From Carcharhinus longimanus (taxonomy: Eukaryota), in assembly GCA_030264375.1 (NCBI GenBank), contig JASCQW010000146.1:31998606-32062605 (forward strand): a DNA stretch of 64,000 nucleotides. The letters run 5' to 3'. The translations under genes and the position numbers were made by a program. The notes under the pieces are model-generated. The model was given only the letters and a program-made list of their open reading frames with translations. It did no database searches and was not told the origin of the DNA. Positions 25,501-37,130 of this stretch are shown here, piece after piece (position 1 is the first letter of the stretch; each line of letters starts with the position of its first letter).

Positions 25501-26117
25501 CCATCTGCAAACAAGTTTCACAGAGGGGACTCCATAACCCTGTCCTATAACCACACAAAGGCATTAAATAAAGAGCAATGGGTATAAAAAAGAACTTCAA
25601 TTGAGACTGTTATTTGAGAAATTGGGGATTTATTTTAAGAAACCAAGTGATTTTGATATCATTGAACATCTGAATGAGGCATCTTGGGATTTTTCAGGGG
25701 AATGGAAAAGACCATGATGCATTAACCCAGTATAAAATGTTCATACTTCCCTTAACCAAAGACCTCAGATCACGGATCCAAAACAATGGCTGGAATTCTC
25801 CAATGTCATATTGCTACAAGAACAGGGACTCAGCCAAATCTCCGCTCACAGCAGTGGGACCAGAGATTCCCGGCCACAGGTGAGGCAAGAGATTCCCAGC
25901 TAATATTAGTCATAGAATCATAGAACCCTACAATGCAGAAAAAGGCCCATCGAGTCTGCACCAAACACAATCCCACCCAGGCCCTACCCCCATATCTCAA
26001 CGTATTATATTTATAGTGAAGGGGATTGGCAACATTTTTCCAAACTATCCTGTTTTCCTTCACTGCTGCAAAAGAAAAACTTCCCTGCAACAATCTCAAA
26101 TTGTCAATCTTTCGCAG

Positions 26118-26152
26118 ATCTGATAGGATAGAGACATTTCACTGGTCTGGTG
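26118..26152 (+). pseudogene. candidate decayed exon, 35 nt (phase 1->0)
   Basis: ctttcgcag| and GTG|GTATGT; (D)LIG*RHFTGLV. Confidence 0.45.
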
Positions 26153-26469
26153 GTATGTCAATGCATTTTTTGCCCTTGTTTGCAGCGAATATCATAGTGG
26201 GAGAAGGTGGAAAATACGGCATAATTGCAAAAATCAGCTTTATATTGGCGTAAACTAATTTGCAAGCTCCACTTCCCAAAGGTGGAATGTATTTCCTGCT
26301 GCAGCAGGAAATGTTGGAACAGCATTNNNNNNNNNNNNNNNNNNNNNNNNNNNNNNNNNNNNNNNNNNNNNNNNNNNNNNNNNNNNNNNNNNNNNNNNNN
26401 NNNNNNNNNNNNNNNNNNNNNNNNNNCGCCCAAAAACACCTCTCTCCCACCCCTCCGCACACAGAGTGA

Positions 26470-26757
26470 GGGGCGGGCATGGAGGCACAGTGATTAGCAG
26501 TGCTGCCTCACAGTGCCAGGGACCCAGGTCTGATTCCAGGCTTCAATCAATGTCTGTGCAGAGTCTGCACGTTCTCCCCGTATCTGCATGGGTTTCCTCT
26601 GGGTGGTCCGGTTTCCTCTCTCAGTCCGTGCTGGTTAGGTGCATTGGCCATGCTAAATTCTCCCTCAGTGTACCCAAACAGGCGCTGAAGTGTGGCAATG
26701 AGGGGATTTTCCCAGTAACTTAATTGCAGTGTTAACATAAGCCTACTTGTGACATTA
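26470..26757 (+). mobile_element. HE1-type V-SINE, tail type B
   Basis: Full copy. Confidence 0.9.
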
Positions 26758-27219
26758 AAAAAAGGGTACAGACAGCCTTGAAACAATTATTAAAATTCAT
26801 TCAACGGAAAGCTAGGTTAAGATATTTGGCAAAACCTTTCAAAAAAGTGCAGTTTTGTTAGAGTTTGGTCACTTATTCTTGTTCTTGCTTTGAAAATGTA
26901 TAGTTGATTGTCTAAACCCAGCAGATCATAAATCACATGTACCTACAGCAGGAAATTTCAAAGGGTGTTCTTTGTTTATTGCCTCAAACAATCATAATGA
27001 TGTGCTGAAATATGGATTGGCACAAATCTCAATGAAGCCAAGAGGCTTCAAGAGCTGCAATCTCAAACAAACACTGAACCTGCTCTTCAAAGTTGGTTTC
27101 AGCATTCATTTCTGCTTGTGACAACTGTGATTTAGGAATGATGGCAGCATAATTGTAATTTCACTGAACTGACAATCCACAAGCCCAGGCTGATTCTCTG
27201 GAGGCACAGGTACAAATAA

Positions 27220-27550
27220 GACAATAAGACCATAATATATAGGAGCAGAATTAGGCCATTCAGCCTGTTATGTCAGCTCCGCCATTCAATCATGGCTGAT
27301 GGGTTTCTCAACCCCATTCTCTACTTCTTCCCCCGTAACCCTTGATCCCTTTACCAATCAAGAGCCTGTCTATCTCTGTCTTAAACATAGTCAATGACCT
27401 GGCCTCCACATTGGCAATGAACTACATAGATTCACCACCCTCTGGCTGAAGAAATTCCTCCTCATCTCAATTCCAAAGTGTAAAATGCCTTTTCCTTGAG
27501 GCTGTGCCCTCGTCTCCTCATTTCCAGCGAATCGAAACATCTTCCACAAT
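27220..27550 (-). mobile_element. CR1 LINE 3' end
   Basis: taggagcagaattaggccattcagcc...gaagaaattcctcctcatctc. Confidence 0.8.
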
Positions 27551-28378
27551 TGCTGGCAGATTTAAATTTGAATAAAATCTGGCATTGGAAGCTAGTCACA
27601 TTAATGTTGACTGCCATAAAAGCATTGCCTAATGAGGTCTATGTGTGATTCCAAACAACTATCTAGTTAGCTGGGATCTTCCACGACCAATCCATGTGGA
27701 TGGGTTCAGTAATGAGAATGGAAAATCTTGTGAAAACAGCAAAATCGCGTTTCACATCCATGTGACCCATGACACAATTGCCCCCTCCCCTCATTAGTGA
27801 TGGGGGGCATAATTTAAATTAATTGGCATTAGGCCTGAGTATCCAAATTATTTCTCCCCCAGTCAGAAAAAACATCCATGTCAATGTGAGGGCTGAATGA
27901 CCGACAGGTCTTCCAAGACATGCACTTGGAGAGCAGATCTCTCAAGAGATCTCAGTGCATCACTCAGGGGCTAGATGATTCTGCCTGGCCACTGCACTGG
28001 GATACTGCCTCAGCAGCTGTGCGGGGAGCTGGGGAAGTACCAAGGTGGACTCCGATGCACTGGGGCTGTCTTTAAAAATAGCGGCCCAATCCTCAATTGA
28101 CTAAGTTGCTACTGGAGTAAACAAATCAGGGGCCACCAGCAATATGTCATGTGACCTGCCCTTTGCTATTTAGGTATGGCACTACGCTATGAAGCTATTG
28201 CTCTCAGTGGCTTTGACCACCACTATTGGCCTTTGTCTATTTCTCAGAAAATTCCGCTTTTCCTGGCTGACCAAGACACTCAATTCAACAGCATTTGGGC
28301 AATAAACACTGCCAAGCCAGTGAAAACCACATCCCATGAACAATGAATTTTAAAAAAACTGACTATGAACAGTTAAGA

Positions 28379-28558
28379 TACACACAATATGGACCATTCC
28401 CTGTAAAACACACACAGTATGGACCATTCCCTGTAAAACACACACAGTATGGACCATTCCCTGTAAAATACACACAGTATGGACCATTCCCTGTAAAATT
28501 CACTGAGTATGGACCATTCCCCGTAAAACAGACACAGTATGGACCATTCCCTGTAAAA
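28379..28558. repeat. minisatellite, 6 x 30 bp
   Basis: Unit cacacacagtatggaccattccctgtaaaa. Confidence 0.95.
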
Positions 28559-28596
28559 TTGTGACCATTTTGGTACTCCATATGCTGTTTCTTTAG

Positions 28597-28677
28597 AGAT
28601 CCCTGCACATCTGTTACGTGGCCTGAGATTTGGGATCTTTGCCAGATCCAGAATTGGAAGTGCCCCAACAGCAATGG
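28597..28677 (+). pseudogene. candidate exon, 81 nt
   Basis: ctgtttctttag| and TGG|GTACGT; open in phases 1 and 2. Confidence 0.45.
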
Positions 28678-28752
28678 GTACGTCACAGAAAGGCATCCAT
28701 CAAGTGTATTGTCATTTTACCCTCTCCCAATGAAACTATAATTCCTGTGTAG

Positions 28753-28935
28753 AATATACCATGGGACCCTGTCATGTGACAATTGTAAGCATAGAAGGAT
28801 CTTTCAACTCTGTCAGGGAGTTTCCTGATGCCCCTGAGAAGTCTGTGTCTATACAGTTACTGACCATTTTCGCCATGTTGCTTGGGAACCACCATGCTCA
28901 GAGTGAACCATAATCAGCAATGTCACATGACAATT
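28753..28935 (+). pseudogene. candidate decayed exon (phase 1 start)
   Basis: After 75-nt intron; (E)YTMGPCHVTIVSIEGSFNSVREFPDAPEKSVS... open about 53 codons; end uncertain. Confidence 0.4.
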
Positions 28936-29044
28936 AGACAAACCTAAAATTTAAAAACGCATAGTTCCTGGAAAAATACATGGGCCAGAATTCGCCAGCC
29001 ATTCATACCACTGCCAGCGAGAATGGAGAATTTGGCATTCAATT

Positions 29045-29382
29045 GGAGTTTGCACATTCTCCCCATGTCTGCGTGGGTTTTCTCTGGGTGCTCTGGTTTC
29101 CTCCCACAGTCCAAAGATCTGCTGGTTCGTTTGATTGGCCATGCTGAAGTTGCCCCTTTGTATCCTGTGATGCATAGGTTAGAGGGATTAGGCGGTAAAT
29201 ATATAGGGNNNNNNNNNNNNNNNNNNNNNNNNNNNNNNNNNNNNNNNNNNNNNNNNNNNNNNNNNNNNNNNNNNNNNNNNNNNNNNNNNNNNNNNNNNNN
29301 NNNNNNNNGGCGGGGCAGGCTCGAAGGGCTAGTTGGCCTACTCCTGCTCCTATTTCTTATGTTCTTATGTTCTTATGTTCTT
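29045..29382 (+). mobile_element. HE1-type SINE (5' truncated, gap, CR1-type tail)
   Basis: V-domain then (ttatgttc)n tail. Confidence 0.8.
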
Positions 29383-29969
29383 ATCATTTCCTCCTGAACC
29401 ACAAGCAGTGCTGGAAAGTATGCCTCTTCTATGCAGCTTTCCTCACCTCCCTTTAGCTGCCAGTTTGTCCAATGCGCAGGAAACCTAGTCAGCCAGGGTT
29501 AAACTTGAAAGATAAAGTATAAGGCACCCACCCCATTAAAATGTTTAAATGGGCAGCCCACCTCCGGGAGTAGGGTTGATTGCCTGATCTTATCCCACTT
29601 CCATTAAAGCTGGAAGGGATGGATCCAGAGTAGTTTGCATTTTACTTTGACTTGGTCCAAAACCATACATTTTGAGGGTGTCAAACTTCCCAATTTTGGC
29701 CAGAATTCTCCGACCTCACCTGCGGCTGGGATTCCCTGGTCTCACTGCAGTCAAAGAAGATTTAGCTGAGCAGCAAATTCTCCATCCTCACTGCAGCAGC
29801 AGTAGCAGAACTTGTGAGACCACAGAATTCCGACCTTTGTATCTTCAATTACTAAACATGGCCCAAATATCCGTAGCTATCCATCCAGTGTATGTGCTAG
29901 ATTGCACCCTTGGTGACTTTAATCTTACTAAAGAAGGCAGATACGCTGGAAGACTTTCTCTTGATCTCT

Positions 29970-30300
29970 TGGTGGCATGGTGGCACAGTGGTTAGCACTG
30001 CTGCCTCACAGAGCCAGGGACCTGGCTTTCATTCCGGCTTGGGTCACTATCTGTGTGGAGTTTGCGCATTCTTCCTATGTCTGCGTGTGTTTCCTCTGGG
30101 TGCTCCAGTTTCCTCGCACAGTCCGAAGATGTGTGGGTTAGGTGGATTAGCCATGCTAAAATATTGCCCCTTAATGTCAGGGGAACCAGCTAGGCTAAAT
30201 GCATGGAGTTATGGGGATAGGGCCAGAGTGGGATTGTGGTTGGCGTAGACTTGATGGGCCAAATGGCCTCCTTCTGTACTGTAAGATTCTATGATTCTAT
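29970..30300 (+). mobile_element. HE1-type V-SINE, tail type A
   Basis: Full copy ending attctatgattcta. Confidence 0.92.
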
Positions 30301-30566
30301 CTAACATTGCTGTGGTGGACTTCTACAATCTAACCATGGGAAGCTTGGGTACAGTTTATGATCATTTATTCAAGGTTCGATCATGGAAAGCACTATTCGG
30401 GAGACATTTAATACAACACTCACCCCAAATCACACATTTCCATTACACTAGGCTGTTAATCACACACATTGAACACTGTTTTATTTCCAATCCAATCCAA
30501 GACATATGGATATCTTGCCTACATACAGAGTTATCTCCTAGTTAGAGAATATTTGTCTTTCCCTAG

Positions 30567-30626
30567 CTGTTTTGACTCAATGTCTGTCCTTTCAACAATA
30601 AACACCTGAGGTCTTGCTGATTTCTG
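30567..30626 (+). pseudogene. candidate decayed exon, 60 nt
   Basis: tttgtctttccctag| and CTG|GTGAGC; stops in all frames. Confidence 0.4.
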
Positions 30627-30716
30627 GTGAGCATGCAAAAGTCATGGAGTATAAGCATTTGGCTAGCATGTGCTCTTACTCTAACTTTTAATACATCTAT
30701 TCATTTCCCCTAACAG

Positions 30717-30885
30717 CGTAATCCATAGAGGTCACATCCTACCAGGAACACATCTCAGGCTCTGCTGATGGAGGAATTCCACTACATGTAGCTGAGAGTG
30801 ATAGTCACTTTAGGGATATGGCCAGGGCATCCTTAACAACTGTCTACAGTGGCCTATCAGCGAGCTATCTCTATTAGAGAAACAG
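30717..30885 (+). pseudogene. candidate decayed exon (phase 1 start)
   Basis: ctaac branch-like site + ttcccctaacag|; A*SIEVTSYQEHISGSADGGIPLHVAESDSHFRDMARAS...; putative mutated donor CAG|ATAAAT. Confidence 0.45.
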
Positions 30886-31514
30886 ATAAATCCTAATCTT
30901 AAGGGATAGAGGGGTATGTAGCAGAGTGGTTATGTTACTAGTATCCCAGAGATGTATTGAAACTTCATTGAAGCTGGGAAATGGACATTCAATTAATTAG
31001 GTAAATCTGCAGTAAAAAGCCAAGTTCAGTAAATGTAGCTGTGAAATCTGGCGCAATTTCTGGCCTTTCAGCAATACTTACAGCAGCAGTACAATAGAAT
31101 CTTTAGGTGTTTTGGCCCAAATCATTTCTATATATGTTAAAAAGAAGTTAAAGACCATCAAGTTTGATGTTATACATGTGTTTCACATCTGTCATTTGAG
31201 TTGGCAGGCATCAGCTGTCTAGCGTGGAGCCTATGTCCTTCTGGAAACTGGCAATATGTGTCTGAAACCACGGTTGATTTATTTACTTCTGCAAAGGAAC
31301 TCACCACGTGGGGAAATTAAAAGGCACAACTGCAGGCAGGATAGTAACAACCTGCCATCAAGTTCAATTTGCCTCATTTGTCTTGTTCCAAATCATCAAG
31401 AGATTTTGGGAAAGGCAAGATCATTTAGTTTCCTTTTTAGATTGAAGTCCAATTTCCTTGCCAATTTACTAATAGGATGACCATATTTTGCAGATTTTCT
31501 CTGCTTTCACCTAG

Positions 31515-31525
31515 GAAGAATACTC
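31515..31525 (+). pseudogene. candidate 11-nt microexon (phase 0->2)
   Basis: ttttctctgctttcacctag|GAAGAATACTC|gtaaga; phase matches 35018 exon. Confidence 0.45.
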
Positions 31526-31529
31526 GTAA

Positions 31530-32130
31530 GAATATAAAAAATAAGAAATAAGTGCAAAAATAAGCAGTTGGCTCCTTGAACTTGCTTCACCATTCACTAA
31601 GATGGTGTCTCATCATTTGTGGGTTTAACTTCCCTTCTCTGTCTGTACCCATAAACTCCTGACTCTCTTGTAAATCAAAGATCTATCTAACTCAATCTTG
31701 AATAAATTCAATGACCCAGCCTCCATTACTTTCTGAGGAAGAGAATTCGAGAGACTAACGACCCTCAGAGAAAATAAATTTTTCATACATACTTCATCTT
31801 GGAAAAGGTCAGGTCAGCCTTCTCTCAATCGCTCCTAACACAATTCTATCTTTTTTCAAGTAATGAGACCAAAATTCTATTTGATACCCCAGATGTAGAG
31901 TCACCAACACCCTTTACAACCACAGTAAAACTTTCTTCCTTTTATATTCCATTCCCCTCGGAATAGATACCAACATTCTGTTGGCCTCCTAATCACTTGC
32001 TGTTTCTGCGTACTATGTTTTTGTGATTTATGTACAGATTCCTACGTACCACAGAGTTCTGCAATTTCTGTCCATCCAAATCGTACACTGCCTTTCATCC
32101 ATCCACAACAAGTGTTGAGGGACAGACTAA
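31530..32130 (-). mobile_element. CR1 LINE 3' fragment (degenerate)
   Basis: ctatctaactca...aattcaatgacccagcctcc...gaccctcagag in reverse. Confidence 0.75.
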
Positions 32131-33432
32131 ACCTGCCATAGAGTTACAATGGGGAAAGGTTGTTGTTTATGGACCGATAGCTTTTGAAAATCCAGAAGCT
32201 GGAAGCTGTGAAAGAAAAACCTTTGTGTTGGATGTTTGACATCGAATGAGTTGAATAAATCTTAACTGTAATTGTAGTAAACAGCATATAGTATTTGGAA
32301 GAAACTGGTTTGGTTTGCACCTTATGCAATGGCAACTTTGAATGATTAAGTAATGTATTCATAAATTATATGAACAGTGTATACTTTTGGAATTATAAAT
32401 TGTACATTTTTAGGGGAAAAAAAAATCATCCATTCCAATTGCTTGCCTCTCCCTGACTCCCGTCTGCTCGAGCCCATCTCACTTATTCCCCTTGCTCTTC
32501 CCAATTGTCCACTTATTATTTTTATCCCTTCCATCTCAGGACATCAGCCACCTACCAGGGAGGTGGCAGAGCCACCTTCATTATTGTGGTATGGGTGAAT
32601 GACCTCTGGATGCCAAAATGATGTTTGCAGGTCAGCTGCAATGGGCTGCTATGGATAGGAATCTGTGTGAAAGGGACTTTCACCTGGATGTTTCTTATAT
32701 TCTGTTCCAAAATGCTTCATCCCCACAAAGGAAGGAAATTGCCAATGTTGTTTCAGTCAACCTCAACAGTATTCAGGAGTTCACTTCATAAGACTGAGGC
32801 AAGGGAACTGAGACCCTTATCTTGGCTTTGGGTAAGCTCACCATTTGGCTTTGTGGTCTCCCCTGGTGGTATGTAAATGATGGATGAGAAGCGGTTAAGA
32901 ACTGCCATCCATTTGCATCCATTAGCTTTTAGCCTATTGAATAAACCATGCGGTTGGATAGGTTCAATGGAGGTGGGCGAACTCGTGATCAGCTCAATTT
33001 CAATCACCAGCATTCATTTGGCTTATTCAACAAAGACTTGGCTCCTTCTGAAGACAGCGGTGGTTAAGGTCCAAGTAAACTCTAAAAAATACTGTTTTAT
33101 AAGTAAAACCAACCAGCATATAACTTGCACTTCATTAGTGCAAGTGCTGAAAGTGTAAGAAGTAATGACTTTTACCCTTGATGTGCTGATAATACAAAAT
33201 GTTCATTACCCAGGACTGTCCTTTGATTTTTATTTTTGTCCCATTTTCACAGCTCCCATCAAATGTATGAGATACAATTTGTCTCACTGTTGTACACCTG
33301 TATCATTGCACTCACAGTGTCAGGTACTGGAAAGCAAAGAGATAAATTGTCCCCATTGCAGTGTTTAAAGACACACTGCCCCATTCTCCATAAAGTTGAT
33401 GACCAGCTCATATCTACTGGAAATGCCAATAT

Positions 33433-33725
33433 GGGTGGCATGGTGACGAGCACTGCTGTCTCACAATGCCAAGGGATTGATTCCCAGCCTGGGTCACTGT
33501 CTGTACGGAGTCTGCACTTTCTCTCAATGTCTGTGTGAGTTTCCTCTGGGTGCTCCGGTTTCCTCCCACAGTCTGAAAGACGTGCTGATTAGGTGCATTA
33601 GCCATGTTAAATTCTTGGTCAGTGTACTTGAACAGGCGCCGGAGTGTGGCAACTAGGAGATTTTCACAGTAACTTCATTGCAGTGTTAATGTAAGCCAAC
33701 TCGTGACACTGATAAATAAACTTTA
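33433..33725 (+). mobile_element. HE1-type V-SINE, tail type B
   Basis: Full copy. Confidence 0.92.
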
Positions 33726-34496
33726 AAATCACTGATTACTGGCAAATGTTTAAGAATAGCTTTTTTTTGTAATTCCCTCAGGTTGGTTTTTGCTGGAGAT
33801 CCCAGCAACTACATTGTAACATGCAGTTCCGTAAAACAGAAGGTGTGGTCCAAGGACTCACCCCCTCCACCAGACCATCGGTCAATCAAATGGCAACCAC
33901 GGGCATCAAAAAGATTTGTTTCCTTCCAGTTGGCCTGGAACACAACTATTCCGAGGCACTAAGTGACTTCTCAGCTCATCTCAGCTTCATAATTGTTTTT
34001 GAAATTTCTCAATCTGAGGGCATAGTTTCGTGACCATTTATTTTTTCAACTTCCTGTCAGTAAATCCTGTTTTTGGCATTACTGCAGTGGTTTGAAACGT
34101 CTGCAAGTGGCTCACTCAGCAAAGATTTCCTTGAGAATTCTGACCATTCTGAAATTCCGGAAAAGATTCCAGGTTCTGGTTCTCAGCAGTGGCATACTTT
34201 GAAACAATGTACTGTTAATTAATGATCAACTCACAGTGTGCAAAACTGTGGAAAAGCACAATATAGAAACGGAGTTGATGGAGTTTTTCCTACAGATTGG
34301 AGGGTAGTTAATGCAAGCCTGTTGCTCATAAAGGGAGGTAAAAAGCTTCAAGTTTTTAGGTGTCCAGATCACCAACAACTTGTCCTGGTAACCACCGCCC
34401 CCCACCCCAAACCCCCCTTCCTGCAGGAACTTTAGAATCCAAGGACTCATACCTGGATAAAAGGCAAAATTTTGTGGATCCTAGAATTTGCAATGA

Positions 34497-34678
34497 AAAG
34501 AGAAAATGCTGGAAAATCTCAGCAGGTCTGACAGCATCTGTGAAGAGAGAACAGAGCCAATGTTTTCAGTCTGAATGACAGCTCTGACGAAGGGTCATCA
34601 AGAATTGAAATGTTGACTCTATTCACTCTCCACAGATGCATTCAGACCTGCTGAGATTTTCCAGCATTTTCTCTTTTT
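34497..34678. mobile_element. hairpin repeat, Penelope pLTR family B, with decayed hammerhead core (34580-34618)
   Basis: About 45-bp near-perfect inverted ends aagagaaaatgctggaaaatctcagcaggtctga; centre CTGACGA-A-GGGTC...GAAA-TGTT. Confidence 0.75.
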
Positions 34679-35017
34679 GACTCTTGGAGACCACACCCAC
34701 AGGAAGAAATGAATGGGAAAAATTGGAGGAAAAAGATAACTTTATAACAAGGGATTTGGAGAAAATAATTGAATACGTTTTCAATAAAAGATGTCTTAAA
34801 TTCTCAAAGATTGAGCTTTGAAAAAGAATGTCTCCAATCCTTCAACATATCTCAATCCTTTCACAGTAACTTCATTACAGTGTGACTGTGAGCCTACTTA
34901 TGGCTAATAAATAAACTTTACTTTAACATATAAGCAGACGCAACTGGAGCAATCAACTTCATGAAGTAAAAGGACACTTCTTTTTTACCCTTTTTTTTGT
35001 GCTTGTCCTGTTGCTAG

Positions 35018-35586
35018 GCAAGATGATATTGAAATAGAATTGACTGTGCAGCAAGATGTCATGAACAAGAAGATGAAACAGCCATTTTACAAGCAATTCA
35101 CAAGGGAGGCGGCGTATAATTCTCATCATTGTGCCCAACCAAAGGTCACAGCTCTGAACTTCAAGATTGCTGGTCAATTGAGTTCACTTTCCTCAACCGA
35201 AGACTTTCATATGTGGTTAAATTAGAACAGTGAGGGCAGTACTTCATGTAGCAGAGTTGTACCATTGTTGAAGGCAAGTGGGATCGTGAATGGGATGCTC
35301 AGGAGTGATTGTTACTTGAACTCACTTTGTTGGATTTAATCATGGCCCTCAGCTTGGAAGTCACTGGAACACCAGAGCAGGGTTCAATCTATTATGAACG
35401 AAGATGGGAGAGATGAATGATGTGATTCAGCTCCAGTTCTTGCCTTCTGGTGGACAATGATGAATGTCGGCGATCACAACAGCGCAGAATCTCATCAGCC
35501 CAGGGCATCTCTTGTTTCTAGATGGGGGGCAGATGGAGAGCAGGGGCGATGACACGGTCACAGCAAGTCAGCAGAAGGAATATTAA
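35018..35586 (+). pseudogene. candidate large decayed exon (phase 2 start)
   Basis: Strong polypyrimidine acceptor; 68 open codons QDDIEIELTVQQDVMNKKMKQPF..., then stops/frameshifts; end uncertain. Confidence 0.5.
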
Positions 35587-36531
35587 CATGTGGAAATGTA
35601 GGGTCAATATGCTGGGAAAGGACAATTATTTGATAGAAATGAGCATTCTTTCTGTAGCAACCTTTTTCTATAGTTCGCGAATAATTCTCTTCTCTGGAAA
35701 TCAAAGAGCCAAAATGAATGCCAGAGAAACAAGGGAAAATACAGGATGTTATGTGTTGTTACACTTTTAATTTGTGGAGGAAACACGTGACAAGTTCAGA
35801 CATTCAATTTCCCGCAGCTGCCTGTTTGCTGACTTGCTCGAGGATACGACAAATTAATTTTTTAGTTCAGTGAATTCTTAAAATTGCTTAATGGAAATAA
35901 TTTATCAGTTTCCCTTCTGCCAGCTTAATGTACAGCAGAGGAAAGAAGATTTTCTTTTACAAAGTAAAACCATTTAGGTTTGTAGCAATTGTAATCCTTC
36001 AAAAAAAAATGAAAGATTATGAACTGCGCTTTTTATTGGCCGATTCCGGCACTATTTATGTTCTCAATCTGGCACTGCATTTAATTCTCAGCAAGAAAGT
36101 GGTGAATTCATTTGAAAATTCAAATGAAGGCATTGTCCAAGTGGCAGATGAAATCTTGCCAACTCTCAAACCTTGATAGCACCTGAAGCGAGGATGAACT
36201 GTTCAAGTGGCAAAGAGAAAACTGGCAATGTGGGATTTACACCTGAATGCTCATTGCCTTAGCAAAGCTGCCTGGTGTTTTTCTTGGATACTCAAACTCA
36301 TTTATATACAATCCCCTTCTCTCTCTTACATACACACACACTCCCTTTTCATGGTCACAGTGAAGAACGCTGCAAGGGGTTTTACAAATATATCAGATAA
36401 AAGAGGGAGAATGCATGTGACGCCTGTTGCATCTCATAACATCAAAAGACAACCGGTTATAGGTTAATAAACAGACAACCAGTTACACAGAGCAAAATAA
36501 AACTTGGAACCATTCTTCCCAACAAGCAATT

Positions 36532-36852
36532 TCATAGAATCCCTATGGTGCAGAAGGAGGTCATTCAGCCCATGGAGCCTGTGCCCACAAGAATCTCACC
36601 CAGGCCTGACCCTGTGTCCCAACGTATTTACCCTGCGAGTTCCCCTGACACAAAGGGGCAATTGAGCATGGCAAATCAACTGAAGCCGCACATCTTTAGC
36701 GTGTGGGAGGAAACTGGAGGACTCGGAAGAGACCCACATTGATGCAGAACAAACGTGTAAACTCCGCACAGACAGTCACCTGAGGCTGGAATTGAACCCA
36801 GGTCCCTGGTGCTGAGAGGCAGCAGTGCTAACCACTGTGCCACCGTGCTGCC
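36532..36852 (-). mobile_element. HE1-type V-SINE, tail type A
   Basis: Full reverse copy. Confidence 0.92.
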
Positions 36853-37130
36853 CTTTCTTCCATTTCTCCTCAACTCCTGTGAAAATGTTCTGGAAAGTGA
36901 ACAATACACTGAATTCTGGCCTACTGTTTTCACACAACACATTCTTCCTTCAACTTTGGCCAGAATACTAACCAGGGACATAATGAAATTCTATGAAGCC
37001 TGGAGGAAGAATGAGCCTTTATTTGTTGCTGTTCTGGGTGATTTCATATTCTCTGATTTGCATAGGCACGATTCAGCTTCAATTCATAGCACTATATTTG
37101 CCTGTAGTGCAGAATTTGAATATTGTTTAA

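Noticed and set aside
28379-28558. CRISPR-like repeat-spacer array
   Set aside because: Variable part is only about 8 bp and the variants are related to each other; no cas genes; eukaryotic context. It is a minisatellite.
28343-28696. Repeat-protein ORFs on both strands
   Set aside because: Openness follows trivially from a stop-free 30-bp unit; no splice or start context
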